Assembly (NCBI GenBank): GCA_028023455.1
Contig: JAQFVV010000009.1
Span: forward strand, 620,001-684,000
DNA length: 64,000 nucleotides
Origin: Epiperipatus broadwayi
Lineage: Eukaryota; Animalia; Onychophora
Reading direction: 5' to 3'
The notes below the pieces were generated by a model. It was not told the DNA's origin. It searched no databases and was given only the letters and a program-made list of their open reading frames with translations. Of this stretch, positions 1 to 13,024 are shown piece by piece (position 1 is the first letter of the stretch; the number at the start of each line of letters is the position of its first letter). The translations under genes and the position numbers were made by a program.

Positions 1-3000
1 GTCCTATATAAATTTCCTTAAAAGATTATAAAGTTCACACAATTTCATTTTTCCTTAATAATAGAAGACATAGGCAAATAAAGTAGATTTAAGTTACAAG
101 CATATAAATAAGTTTTAAATGATAGGTTAATTTAAAATTCAATTGAGTGAAGAAAATATACCTTATGAATAAATTAGCCTGACATCCTTTCTTAAAGCTG
201 TCTGGTAGCTAGAATTCCCATACTGAATTTTATAAAATAATAATATTTAAAAAATTACACTTTGGGTTTAACCAACTTGATTTCTGGAAGAGATTATAAA
301 AAAAACCCATGCACACAGAAGTGGCAGAAGTAGAATGCATAATAATAATAATTACTGACTATCACTTAAATACATCTCCTTTCCATCAATCAAGAGGTCA
401 CCTTAACCTCCAAAGGTTAGCTCCACCCTTTGCACTCAGATAATTAAGCAATAAATATTCACGAAATCTTTTCTTGAAGAAAAAAAAATCATTTTGATTT
501 TCTAAATTAAATCAAACCAAATAAAACAAAAAAAATAATTATTACACTTTTGAAATAAATAAATATTAATTAGCTAGTAAATAAAGTATTTGATAACACA
601 ATTTAGTTTGTCAAATAATTCACTAATCCATATATCCATTAATTACTCAAAATATATTTATATCTGTTATTAGAGATATTTGCTGTAATTTTAAGTGCTT
701 TATTGTAAAGTGTAAAATTCTATACTGTAATTAAAAATGAAAATGAAATTGGAAAATGACACAGACATACATGCATATACATATGCTGCTACATGAATAC
801 TAAATTATCCTGACTAAAATATGACATATGGCTATGGGTTAAACATATTTCACTGATTTTACTACCTTTACCTGGATGAGTGTGCCAATGAATAAACAGA
901 TCAGAAAACCATCTAAACAAATACCAACCACTATTCTATAAGTAAATAAAACAAATTTACATCAATTTAACCTTCATATCAACAATTCCTGTAATAATCC
1001 ACTCCCCCTTTCTTCCATTAAATATTTCATCAAGTATAATAATAATAATACTAAATGCTTATAAAACTCCCAACTAACATTCATAAGCAACTCTCACATA
1101 AAATTTTAGACCATTAACATAAAATTTTAAAATTTTAGTGCTATTTCATTTTTTTTTTTAGTTAAATGCAGTTATTCACTACTGACACAGTATGATTTAA
1201 TTAAAATTTGTTTCTTGTGCCTATTCAGAAGGTCACAATATATATTGTAATAACAATAAGAAGAATAAATATAATGGTAATTAATTATTATATACAGTCT
1301 TTCAATTTGCAGACTGTATATAATAGTAAATTACCATTATATTATTATTTTTATTGTTATTACAATAGTTTTTTAATTAACGGACATTTTATTTGTATTA
1401 TATATATATATATATATGATAGTATGCTAAAGAAATTATATAGAAAACAAAATAATAGTGATAATTGCAAAATTTTCCAAAATAAATATAAGGGATGGAA
1501 GAGAAAAAGGATGATAAGTGAGGCAGTTAATACTATAAACAAAATATACAAAACAGAGTAATGAATATATTCATTAAACTCTTATAAAATATTTCATGAA
1601 AAAAATCAATTCTAAATAATGAATAACTTAACAGAATTAGAATATAATTTATATGTAAATTAAAAAGATACTTATACATTGGTATAAATAAAATTTTTGA
1701 TATCACTATTTGTTCTGAGATGCGATATTATAACAATGTTAAAGAAAGTCTGAAAAGGCTATGTGATTTTAGAAAATAACAATGTATGGTTGTAGATATA
1801 CAAAAAATATTGAGACATATCCCTCCCTTCCACTAAAATTTTATAGATATTAAGTTCTAAATTACTAACAAATAAAATTGGAAAATATTTATTTGTTAGT
1901 AAATACACAATAAATGAGGAGGCACATTCTAAAAAAAGAACCTTAATACCAATGGAAGAAATATTTCCATGATCAATCCAATGCTTGCACAATAAAGTAT
2001 GAGTGTGATAAATATAAAATTCAAACAAAACATGAAAAAATCTGTATAAAAAAATAACACTATTTTACCAGTGTATGAAGTATTGTCAAAATTCGCAATT
2101 TTGCTACATCTGAAGACCAAATGCCCACCTAATGCCTAATAGATAGAAAATCTACAAAAACATGCAAACAAATTTTAAACTTTAAATAAAGAATAGTATT
2201 CACATAAACTGTGATGTCATGGTTGCATAAGAACTTTGTATTAAAAAAACAACAGACTTTAGCATAAACTTTAACTATGCATTTTAATAATGAGTTTAAA
2301 TTTTGATATGACAGATATTTTATTGATTAATATTCGATCTTAAAATCAATTATAAATTTTCTTCATATAAAATATAAATAAGATTGCATATTTTTTTAAA
2401 AAGTTTTTTTATTAAACTTAAACTTGTTGTATATAATCATTACAGATTACTAAATCTGCAATGATTGTATATATTTTATTTTAATTGCAGGTGTAATCTA
2501 AGTGCAGTCATGTATCATTTCTCATATATTTGATAAAATTAATATATAAATTCATGAATTATAAGTAATTACAATAATTATTTAAATAATACTTATATAT
2601 ATCATTATTAACATTTTGGGATTCTTGAAATAAATACACACATGACTAGCATAATAAAAAAGATGATGAATAACCTGTTTAATGTGTTTGTTAATATAAT
2701 ATCTTTAATCATTATTTGTTTCAGAGTTTGTTTATATTATATCATTAAAATGAAGTCCAGAAGAATTGAAATGTCATTCAGAGAACAATATACATTCTTA
2801 TTATTTTGTAATTATTCTTGATCAAAATACATTTTATACATGGAATATAGAGAGAGCTACATAGATTGCTTTTTAATTATATATTTTGGAAAGCAACATT
2901 GAAAGTTATGGGTTAAGTGCAAATACATATTAGCACATAATACCTGATCCTATTCATATTTTTTTTGTATATGCTATAATGGATCGACCCACAGAATAAT

Positions 3001-3167
3001 AGAAAATATTAGCATCTGAGAATCTACGTAAATATTAATGCTAGTGAGATATAACAGATATTGCATAGCCAGTGTAAGACATTGTACTTATTGATTTTTA
3101 TAAGTGAATCATGTTATAAATATTATATTATTCTTATTAGGTGATAAGACCCAAATATGTCTTTACA

Positions 3168-3243
3168 AACAAAGCAAAACTCTCCATACAGTATTGCCAC
3201 CCTGTGCTAACTAGAGTAATCAATGAATGCCAGAAGGCTTGTG
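3168..3243. repeat. Diverged partial copy of the 5802-5980 MITE
   Basis: GCAAAACTCTCCATACAGTATTGCCAC...ATGCCAGAAGGCTTGTG matches the left half of the MITE. Confidence 0.75.
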
Positions 3244-4264
3244 CATGTCTTTATCTTGTAGAATCTATATCTGTGGCTATATTTGATAAAAGCATTCTCT
3301 TGGAAATTATTAGGATCAATTTATGATTATTATTTGCTTTACAATTTAATAAATGACTGAAGTATATTATTCTCAAGATAATCCTTTCATTCTATTTCCA
3401 TATAATATTATTATATGAGACAGATAAATGTAATTTTATTAATATGAATATTATATTTCATAAAAGAAACAAATGAAAATATTTTTCAAGTACATAAACA
3501 CATATCTCATATCCAATAATTGCATGAAACATTCACTGTGAGTGTATTAGCATTTATTAAATTGTTGTTCAATATAATTAAATAAATACTAATGATAAAT
3601 CAATATTTCTTTATTTTATAATAAGTTTACAGTATATAATGAAATTGAATAAGATATAAGTTAATATAATGCATATGAATATATTCACAAGAATTTAGAT
3701 TTTTTAAAATATAGTATATATTTTCTATGTTCATGATGATAATAGAAACCAGATATTTGCTAATAGTTTTATTTCAGATTTATTATCATGATATATTTGT
3801 AAATAGAATCTCTGGTAGTAATTTCAGAGAGGGGAGGGTGTAGTGCAATATTATGTAAAGAAGTGTTATTTAATAATAAATTATTTATCATTTGCATATT
3901 CCTGTGTACATCTCCTTTATTAATAACATTGGGCTATGCAACATGAATATATTTAAATTTATTTCTACCAGAATCATATTCATGTGCCCACATATGCAGA
4001 TACATCATAGAAGAGACTAATAAAGATGGATTTGCTTATATCATATGGGTGGTGAAAGAGAAGATCTAAGGCACTTGTAACATTATTGTTACATATTATA
4101 TTAATCAATACAAATTTCAGGTTTTTCACAATTTTACAACAGGTAGTTAGGTATAAAGTTAAATTACTTCCTCTATCTCGTACATACACTCATCAACACC
4201 TGCTCTATAAGTCATCATTACAACATATATATCAATTATGAATCTAAAAAAATAATTTTTTTAC

Positions 4265-4355
4265 CAGATGGCTCGGGTAATTGAGGTGCATCAGGAGGAG
4301 GTATATTGTTTCGGACTTCTTTTAAGACTTTCTGAAAAGCTGGTTTATCTTGAAC
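4265..4355 (-). CDS. Coding exon 2 of the same glutaredoxin-domain gene
   Basis: ttcatag|GTT CAA ... TCT G|gtaa, 91 nt, reads VQDKPAFQKVLKEVRNNIPPPDAPQLPEPS. The phase-0 start joins exon 1 (EELQNL|VQDK) across a 12.5-kb intron. Later exons were not found in the window. Confidence 0.75.
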
Positions 4356-5222
4356 CTATGAATTGAAATGTAAATAGAAAAAAAAATCAAATTGCTACAT
4401 TATGTGTATTGCCTAATTATTTTGTAATAAATAAGACATAAAAATTTAATAATTTTTTTTTTATTAACAAAAATTACATTATACATAAAAGTGTACTATC
4501 TGTATAAAAACCATCTTCATCTACTATTAGCAAAATCTTTTATATTCCATCAATTTTTTTTTTATCTAGAAAAATGACCCCATTAAAAAAGCAACGATGA
4601 TAAAAATTTGACACTTAAAAGATTTGCATGGAAAAAAGTACAGGCATTGAAAAAAGTTGTTGGAAGCCTTAAAAAAAAGCAAGAATAAGAAATTAGAGAT
4701 ATTATATATTACAAGATGCAGTTAAGTGCACAATTAACTTCAAAATTATTATTCCATTTGTTTAAAAACATTAAAATGTTCTATTACTCTAGGAAAAAAA
4801 GTGAAAATGAATAAGACCCAATATTACACACTAATTTTTTTAAATTAAAGACCAAAAAGACTGATTTTCACTAAAAAAAAAAAAAAAAGGTTTATTGGAG
4901 TTAATGATTCTTTGGGGTGATTAATAATAAATTGACATTTGTTATATCACTTAATAAATGTCATGAGATAATTAAAAAACATGAAATAATATATTAGAAT
5001 TTGTTTTCCATTTGTTTTGAAAACTGAATTCTTAAACAAAGCTGCACATAACATTGTTTATTGCACCATGTTTGAATTTAGATTTTAATTGAATGATTGA
5101 TTAATAAAGAAATATAACAATAAAATCAATTATTTATGCAAAAGGATTTATCCTAATTAATAGACAAAGTTCAAAAATGAATAAAGTCAGCATTTGTAGA
5201 ATTTTGATAAATAATGTTTTAA

Positions 5223-5620
5223 TTAAATAACAATTATAAAAATAATAAAAATAGCACAATTATTAGCATACTGTAAATTCAGAATCCAAGAGGATCTTGT
5301 ATTTGATTTTAACTGATTCAGATTAAACATTTCACTATCAAACTTTGATTGTATTTTAATTCCTGATTGATTAAACCACCTATAAACAGTTCCAAAGACC
5401 ATTGCCATTGAGAACAATGTTAGAACAAGTATTCATCCTTATTTGGTATCAGTTTTCATTTCAAATGCCTCATATTTTCCACCTGTAACAATAACACTTT
5501 TCATTTCATCCTATGGAAGCCATATAATATAAATTAATTTTGATGGACAACCAACTAATTTCAAATAATGCTGTTGACCAGCCCTTTTAAGTGAATCAAA
5601 TGCCTTTACTAATCAATAAA
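5223..5620 (-). mobile_element. RTE-clade LINE reverse transcriptase fragment
   Basis: Frameshifted translation KAFDSL.R..LVGCPSKLI.I...GIKIQSKFDSEMFNLNQLKSNTR..LNLQYANNCA resembles RTE/BovB RT (FDGxLFNLxRL...YADD). Confidence 0.7.
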
Positions 5621-5637
5621 ACTAGATTATTCCTAAG

Positions 5638-5640
<3 letters not shown>

Positions 5641-5684
<44 letters not shown>
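5641..5684. repeat. (AT)22 microsatellite
   Basis: Directly visible dinucleotide run. Confidence 0.95.
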
Positions 5685-5687
<3 letters not shown>

Positions 5688-5801
5688 ATTACAATTAAAA
5701 TTCAATAATTATTCTGTATTGTTCTATATGATTTCAGTACAATCACTGATAAAAGCAAGAAATTGATTCTCACTATTAAACACAACTTAAAATAAGATTA
5801 A

Positions 5802-5980
5802 AACAGGCAAAACTCTCCATACAGTAGTGCCACTCAGTGCCAACCAGAGTAGTCAACGGATGCCAGAAGGCTTGTGGATAAAATCCCCATCTAGTGCCTA
5901 CTCATAACAATATGCCCAGCATCACTTGATTACTCTAGTTGGCACTGAGTGGCACTACTGTATGGAGAGTTTTGCCTGTT
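5802..5980. mobile_element. MITE with ~55-bp TIRs and TTAA flanks (Kolobok-like)
   Basis: TTAA|AACAGGCAAAACTCTCCATACAGTAGTGCCACTCAGTGCCAAC ... GTTGGCACTGAGTGGCACTACTGTATGGAGAGTTTTGCCTGTT|TTAA. Confidence 0.75.
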
Positions 5981-8914
5981 TTAATAACAGTTATGTGTTA
6001 GCATAAGAAATAGTGATCATGTGATGTTTAAAATAAGATTCTTAAAACTCCTAGCATTTCAATTTTTAGAAAAGACTGTGCATCACTCACTTATCAAGCC
6101 ATGTAAATGGATTTCAACTACAACTTCAATGAAATTCTGCTCAAACCCCCCCCCCCCAATGCTTTTTTCTTTGCCAATTCCAAAACCATATCATCCCTTG
6201 ATCTTTTCTTTCTGATTTTGCAATATACTCCAGATCTCTGAGTAATAATATTTTTAGATCATAAATGACATGTTTCTCACTTAATCTTAAAAATAAAATA
6301 TAATACTATACTATTATCTAATCGGAATAATTTTTTTAATTATGATAAACTCCAATCAAACCTTTTAATTGTTATAACTTTTATAACATAATTCTATCTC
6401 TCTACAAAAAAAAAATAGCTTGAAGTAAATTTAATTAAATTCAAAATTAATTATTATCCATTGCTTTGTCTGATAGTAATTATAATTAAAAGTACTATAT
6501 CCGAACCTGGCTGCTTAAAATTCAATATATATATAAATCATTTTTCAATTATTATATAGATGAGATTCTTGTTGAATATTACAAAAAAGTTTTCAATAAC
6601 CTTTCCAATTTAGGCTAATGTATTTGACTTTTTGTTAGATTTAACTTTACAATAATAGTCGCTCCACACATTAATGATTGTTTCTAATAAAAAAAGAAAT
6701 TTGTATTATGTTTTGCTGTTTGATGTTTGTCACATCAATTGTACAGAATATTAATATTGAATATAAGTAAAGCTATATTGAAGCCTCAAACATAACAGGG
6801 ATCTAAGATTAATAAGCATAAAAAAACAAAAACAAATAATACTTGCCATTGATTCTGTAGCATTGGCTTGTATAGAATAAAAAACTAATTTGATACAAAC
6901 AATATTAAATAACTATATCTTAATATTAATATAATTCTGTGCTAATCTAAAATTGATCTCTAATGGTTTAAAATCAATTATTTTAGAAGACTTGAAGTAT
7001 AAAACTCTTCAATAGGATTATTTTTAAAAAAAATGCATTATATTACCAAACTTTCTACAGCATATCATGACATCAAAGATGCAAAGATTGTCCATAACAA
7101 TTTTATTCATTTAAGTGGTAGATTCCATGTAAGTCACTTGAACTTCTCTGTGTATGTAATATTGTTGGAATTATCTTACGAGTTGTTTCAACCTACTATT
7201 TCTTTATAATAAGTACTAAGCACATGACTTCAAGAGTAATTTGATTAATCAGATTATTATTTTAAAAAACTTCATGAGGTTATTTTCTTTATTAATATCA
7301 TTACTCAGAGACCACTGTTGATGTCATTATTATTTGTGCCATGAGTAGATTTATTTTTTAAAATACTCAACATCATCACTACTACTTTCTAGGTGTATGT
7401 TTTTACACGGGTATTTTTTTTTTTTATAGATTTTTTTTTTTAAAAAAAAAAAGTCCTTAGCACATATTTCAAATGAATTTAGATAACAAATGAATCAGTT
7501 TAGTTTTTTAATGCACTCTGTGCAATACGCCATAGGGGATAGGATATTTTTTAATAAAAGGACAAAGATTATGTCCATTTGAAAAACAAAATCATTTAAA
7601 ATAAATGACAATATAGAAGGCTCTCTCTCTAAAGTTCATTATTTGCTATTTCAAAACAAAAAAAAAATTTCAGTTGTTAATAAATCAATTATCTTAACAT
7701 TAAAGTAGTTGAACAGTCATTATTTATCACATCATTTACCTCGATATTTAGAGCTACATCATAGACTTCAATGAAACTCACTATATATATTTTTCCAACC
7801 TCAGATAGGACCTTTTTTATTTTACTATTACATCCAAAGTTATTAATAAAATAAAATACAAGCACAATGAGATTATTTTGAATGTGACAATTGTTAGACT
7901 ACATATTATCTTAGAAGTCTAATCAAAATTTAATGACTGCTAAAAAAGTTTTGAATTAGTATATAAATTGTCAACTAAAAATAACATTTTTACAGATATC
8001 AAAGTTACTTGACAGAAATTGGTAGACATATCAGTTGATTTCTGTCATATTGTGTGATTTTTTAGTTTTATTAAAATCAGGAACAGATTTGCAATGAAAG
8101 CACAAACTCTATACTAGCTGTCTAGAAAGTATTTTATATACTATCACCTTTTGGTGAAAATAATTTAATAAACATAGTTTCAAACATTCTTACTTATTGT
8201 TTTAATTTTTTTTTAATTTTAGATTTTTCAAAGCTTTTTTTTTAAAAAAAAAAAAAATTGGTTGATCAACTCAAATAAATTTGGGTTCTCTGCCCTTCAG
8301 CTAATAACTAGACACTTATTTATCAACCAATGACGGAATATTGTGAATAAAATACATGATATAAAAAACAACTGAGCACTATTAAATGCTCAGGTACTCG
8401 AAGCATATATATATATAGGCCTAGTAAACGAAATTTTTTTGTGCTTTTACATAGGTACAATGCCATCCAGCGGCGTGTGTCGACTAGTCGATGAGTACCA
8501 ATGCTCATTCAGATTTTTAATGAACTGTATTAATAAAGCTTTTGCTATATGATAAAGTATCAATGTTAAAGAGTATTTGGATTTTTTTTTTTGCACATAA
8601 GTGAGTTAAATTGAATCTTTTTACATTTTCAGTCTTATCATTACATATTAAAGATTTTCGTATTTGGAGGGAGGGGTTTTATTTTAAAGTATTTCTTTAA
8701 TAGATATTTTTTGGAAGCTTAAAGCAGATGCTTTATTTTTATTTAAAATCTTTACCAATCCTACATATACAACAGTCAAAGTAATACACCCCAAGCACTG
8801 ATGCTATGTGATGTGATGCACTGTGACTTCTCCTTATACGGAGTCAAGAATCTCTCAGCAACTAAGCCCAGAGAAACATGTTAGCCACTTTACATTCCCT
8901 TTCCATTCTCCACC

Positions 8915-11900
8915 CTAAGTTTTCCCATAATCTGCTCCATCCCATTTCCACAACATAATCTTTGTCAACTCAATGACCTTCATATCTAAATTCCCTCTAT
9001 CTTTTCCCAAACCCAGCATAAAAACCAATAACTCACTTTCTGTATAATCACTTTGATCATATTTATTCTTCCATAACTTCATTATTTGTACCCTTTCTGC
9101 TTCCAAGAATTTACATTGAAGTAACAGATGCCAAATATTTTCTATGCCTTCCTTACACAACTTGCAGACTAAATCACCCATATTTTTCCATTTACATGTA
9201 TATTCCCTTGTTGCTAAAGATCCTGTTCGAGCCTTAAACAATAAACTACTTTCCTTACTATTATCATAAATTAACTCACACCCAATGTTCTGTTTACTTC
9301 TATATATAATTAAACTCGTTTTACTCTCCATACTAGTTCTCCATCTCTCTATTATTATTAATACATCTATTCTTCTATCCCAATCCTTACCACTATAACA
9401 CTCAACAATCCTCCTAACACAATCATCCCACCTTTTGTACAAGTATACTGACATAAATTTCTTTTCCTAAATCTTCTGCATACTGCATTACCTTTCTCTC
9501 CTATCTTGTTGTCTTCCCTTTACTTGTAACCCAATTACATACTATTTTGGCTATTCTTTTATTATCCATAAACTGCAATCTACTGAACATTTTCATTTTG
9601 CTTTTTGCATCTCTCATATAAAAACTTGACCATCCCATTTCTCCTTGAATTGCCTCATTTGCTGGCCACACTTCTGCAGCTAATGCATGTCTTCCTACTT
9701 CCCTTTGTACTTTTTCTAAGTAATCTAATACCCCTTTACTAACATATAACACATCACTGCCACATGTTAACCCTGCTACTACCACTTCCTTCCATACAAT
9801 TCTAGCTACAACATATTTATTATATGAAAACACTGTTAATTTCTTTATCAATCCCTTTCTTTCTGTGCTTCATTTATCAATTTTTTCTCCCATTCATCCA
9901 AGCAATTTTTCTGATTACTCAAGATGATTCCCAAATAACTATATCTATTCACCACACTACTTTATATCAAACAATAAGAAATCTTTGTCTTTTTTTTCCC
10001 CCAGTATTCACCACCATTAAATTTGATTTTTCGTCACTAAATTTAATCACCATATCTTTACCCACCCTTGCACGTCCTCAGAATAACTTCCATATCTTCT
10101 CTTCTTTCTGCACACAAAAAAACATCATCCACAAAAAAAGACCCGACAATGTATATACTCCCTTGCCACCTATTAATGGTATCTCTATTCCTCTTTCTAG
10201 TCTTTCTATTGCTCTCTCCATTTCACTCAAATACCAACAAAAACAAAAAAGGTGACATAGGGCATCCTTACCTTAGTCCCACCCCATTTTTAACTTTAAC
10301 TTATTCTATATCCCCTAATTGATATGTATAGTAATTATTTTCATATAATTTCTTAATAACATCCATTAAAGCTTCATCCATTCCCGAATTTGCTAAACTT
10401 ATCCATAATCTATTTCTATTTACTCTATACCTTCTCTATATTCATAAAACTAATATATAACTGTCTACCTGAATTCCTACTCATATCCATAAGTTGTGTC
10501 ACTACAAATAAACTATCTCCTATACACTTATCTGATCTAAAACCTCCTTGCATTTCCCCCACTCCATTATTTTCTTCCATTCATTTTGCAACTCTTCCAG
10601 CCACCATATATGAAAAAACTTGATATAAAACTGATGTTACCACTGTCGATCTATAATTGTTTAACTTTCTATGAGCCTTACCCTTTCCTTTAAATAATAA
10701 TCTTACTCTCCTATTACTCCAACTACCTGGAAAAACTCTCTTCTGTGCCATCTTATTAAAACATGATAATAGCTTTGCTTTTACCCTACACCCTAAATTC
10801 ATTACCATCTCTGCTGCCCATCCATCTAAACCTCTAGCCTTACCATTTCTCAATTTCTTCTCTGCCTCATTCAGTTCATTTTCTGTAAACCTAATATTCC
10901 CATTACTATATGCTTTCATATTTTCTATCCCTCTGTCCCTCACATCTTTCCTATATCCATTACATACCTATTCAAGATTCTCTCTAATTCTTCTCTAGAG
11001 CTACACTCTATTCCCTCCTCATCCAGTAATACTATCTCTCTTTCCCCCACATTTCTCCTTTTAACGTAATTCCAAATTTTTTTACTCCCATCTCTTCCAC
11101 TTTTATTAATATTGTCCAATAATTTACTATTCAGTTTCATTCTCTCTACAGTTATCTATTTTAGCTAACTTCTTTTCTAAGTACTTTTCCCATTTAGCAT
11201 TTATATCTTTTTCACTTTCTTTGTTCTTAATAGCACACTTATATTCTCTGCATGCTTTTTTTTCTCTCTTTTACACTTTTACTAATTCTCATTTTTTTTA
11301 TTCTTCTGAATATTCTCACCTAAAACCCTATTTGCCATTTTTTCTATTTCATCACACTAGTCCTCATACTCATTTCCAACCAACTCTTCCATGGTTTCTT
11401 CAACTGTATTTTATACTCTTCCAACTTATTCTTATCATTCACTCTCCATCCACATCTTTATTGTTTCTACTTTTATTTCTATTCTCCATCACATTACCAA
11501 CCATTTCAATTACAAAGAAATTATGATTACATACTCTCTCTTCATTACCAAACACCTATACTTTATTCATTCCCTCTTTCTCTACCAATACATAATCTAC
11601 TGTGTGGGATATATTGTTTCTAGACCATGTGTATTGTCCCTCATAAATATTTGATAAGTTTACAATGCTCAAATTCACTCTCTGACAAAATTCCTTCAAA
11701 AGCTGTCCATTCTTATTATCTACATCAATTTCTTCAATATGCCCATTCATATCTCCTATAACCATTATTCTCTTCCCCTTTATATTCTTAACTAGGCTCT
11801 CATATATGCTATTGTTCCACTCCATTATAGTTTGACTATCTCCAGTAGCTATATAAACTATAGCCACTATCCATTCTTATCTTCACAATCTTATTTCAAA

Positions 11901-12256
11901 CCACAAATATTCTTGGCATTTAACAGTACTTAAATATTTTTTTGATATAACAGCTATACCACCACCTTTTACTTTCTCTTTTCTATTTATACCCTGCCAT
12001 ACCAAATTTTTCAAAACAGGTTCTTCTTCTTTTCTTTTTCCACTACTGCTAATATCTCAAGCTCTTCATTTTCAATTGCTTTGTTTAATTCCAGCCACTT
12101 TTCTGGTCTCCTACCACCTTGCATATTCAAAAACCCAATTTTAACAATTTTTTCTTTCCTAACTATTCTTTTATAATTTTTTTTGATTCTTTCTTCTCCA
12201 TTACATTTATAAATAACTTGCTTATTATTAATTTTACAGACCCATTCCCTTTCCAC
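8915..12256 (-). pseudogene. LINE ORF2 (APE-RT-zinc finger), fragmented
   Basis: ORF-track fragments 12011-12256, 11556-11867, 10940-11140, 10581-10943, 9501-9851 and 8915-9454 are colinear parts of one polyprotein. Confidence 0.88.
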
Positions 12257-12421
12257 ATCTATATTTATATCTAAATCAGCTACCCTTTGTTTATTCCTTA
12301 CATCCCATCCATTCTTCTTCTTTCTAATAACACTGCAACTTAAAATCCCAACCCCTTTACAAGTTTCCCGAACTACATTCTTTATAAATCAGACTCCCTA
12401 AAACTTCACTTCCTTGTTTTC

Positions 12422-13024
12422 CTAAGTGCAACCCATCTTTACTATATAACTTTTTCTTCCCAAAAAAATCCACACATCCATAAATGTAACATCATTTCTC
12501 TCACACAATTTTTTCAATCTCTCATTTATAGAACATGCCCTATCTAACATATACCTTTTATCAAATCTTGGTAATAATCCAACTATTCCTACTCTTCCTT
12601 TACTCATACTCAAATTCCTAATCAATTCTATGTATTCACCCATTACTCTCTCTGATAACTTTGATAAATTATTTGTCCCTACGATAACATACACATCTCT
12701 ATTCCCTTGCTTCTTTACTTTATCTGTAACATCCCTGATTTTAGCTCCAGGCAAACATACTCTTACATACCTGTTTCTATTTTCCCTTGCAATTATATCT
12801 CCACATTCTCTTATTAATGAATCACCTATCAATACTGTCTCATAGTCTACTTTCTCTGCTTCATTCACAACCTTCTGGACTTCCTTATCTACTTCTTCCT
12901 TATCATTCCTACTCAATAATTCATTTATCTGCTCACACTTCATCTCTAATGATTTTAATTTTTCTTCTACAGTATAAATTTTGCACTGACAGTATAAATA
13001 ATTGAGCTGCCTTCTAGCTGCCAT
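12422..13024 (-). pseudogene. LINE ORF1 with SGNH/GDSL esterase domain
   Basis: VLIGDSLIR (block I), LPGAKI (block II), VGTNN (block III). Block V DGLH is present just past a frameshift (TATAGTAAAGATGGGTTGCAC on - strand). Confidence 0.85.

Noticed and set aside
1208-1561. Short AT-rich ORF, and similar ones across the window
   Set aside because: Low-complexity I/Y/F/K-rich translations typical of random intronic AT-rich sequence.
872-2135. Minus-strand exon-like pieces (872-912, ~1942-2041, ~2068-2135) as exon 3 of the Grx gene
   Set aside because: Translations are hydrophobic or unrecognisable and do not resemble the expected continuation; phases and donors are inconsistent or weak.
7300-7385. 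Possible box C/D snoRNA on - strand (GTGATGA ... CTGA)
   Set aside because: No terminal stem and no recognisable rRNA guide; such motifs are expected by chance in AT-rich DNA.
9824-12845. Plus-strand ORFs (9824-10255, 11221-11526, 12630-12845 etc.)
   Set aside because: Antisense shadows of the LINE ORFs with biased composition.
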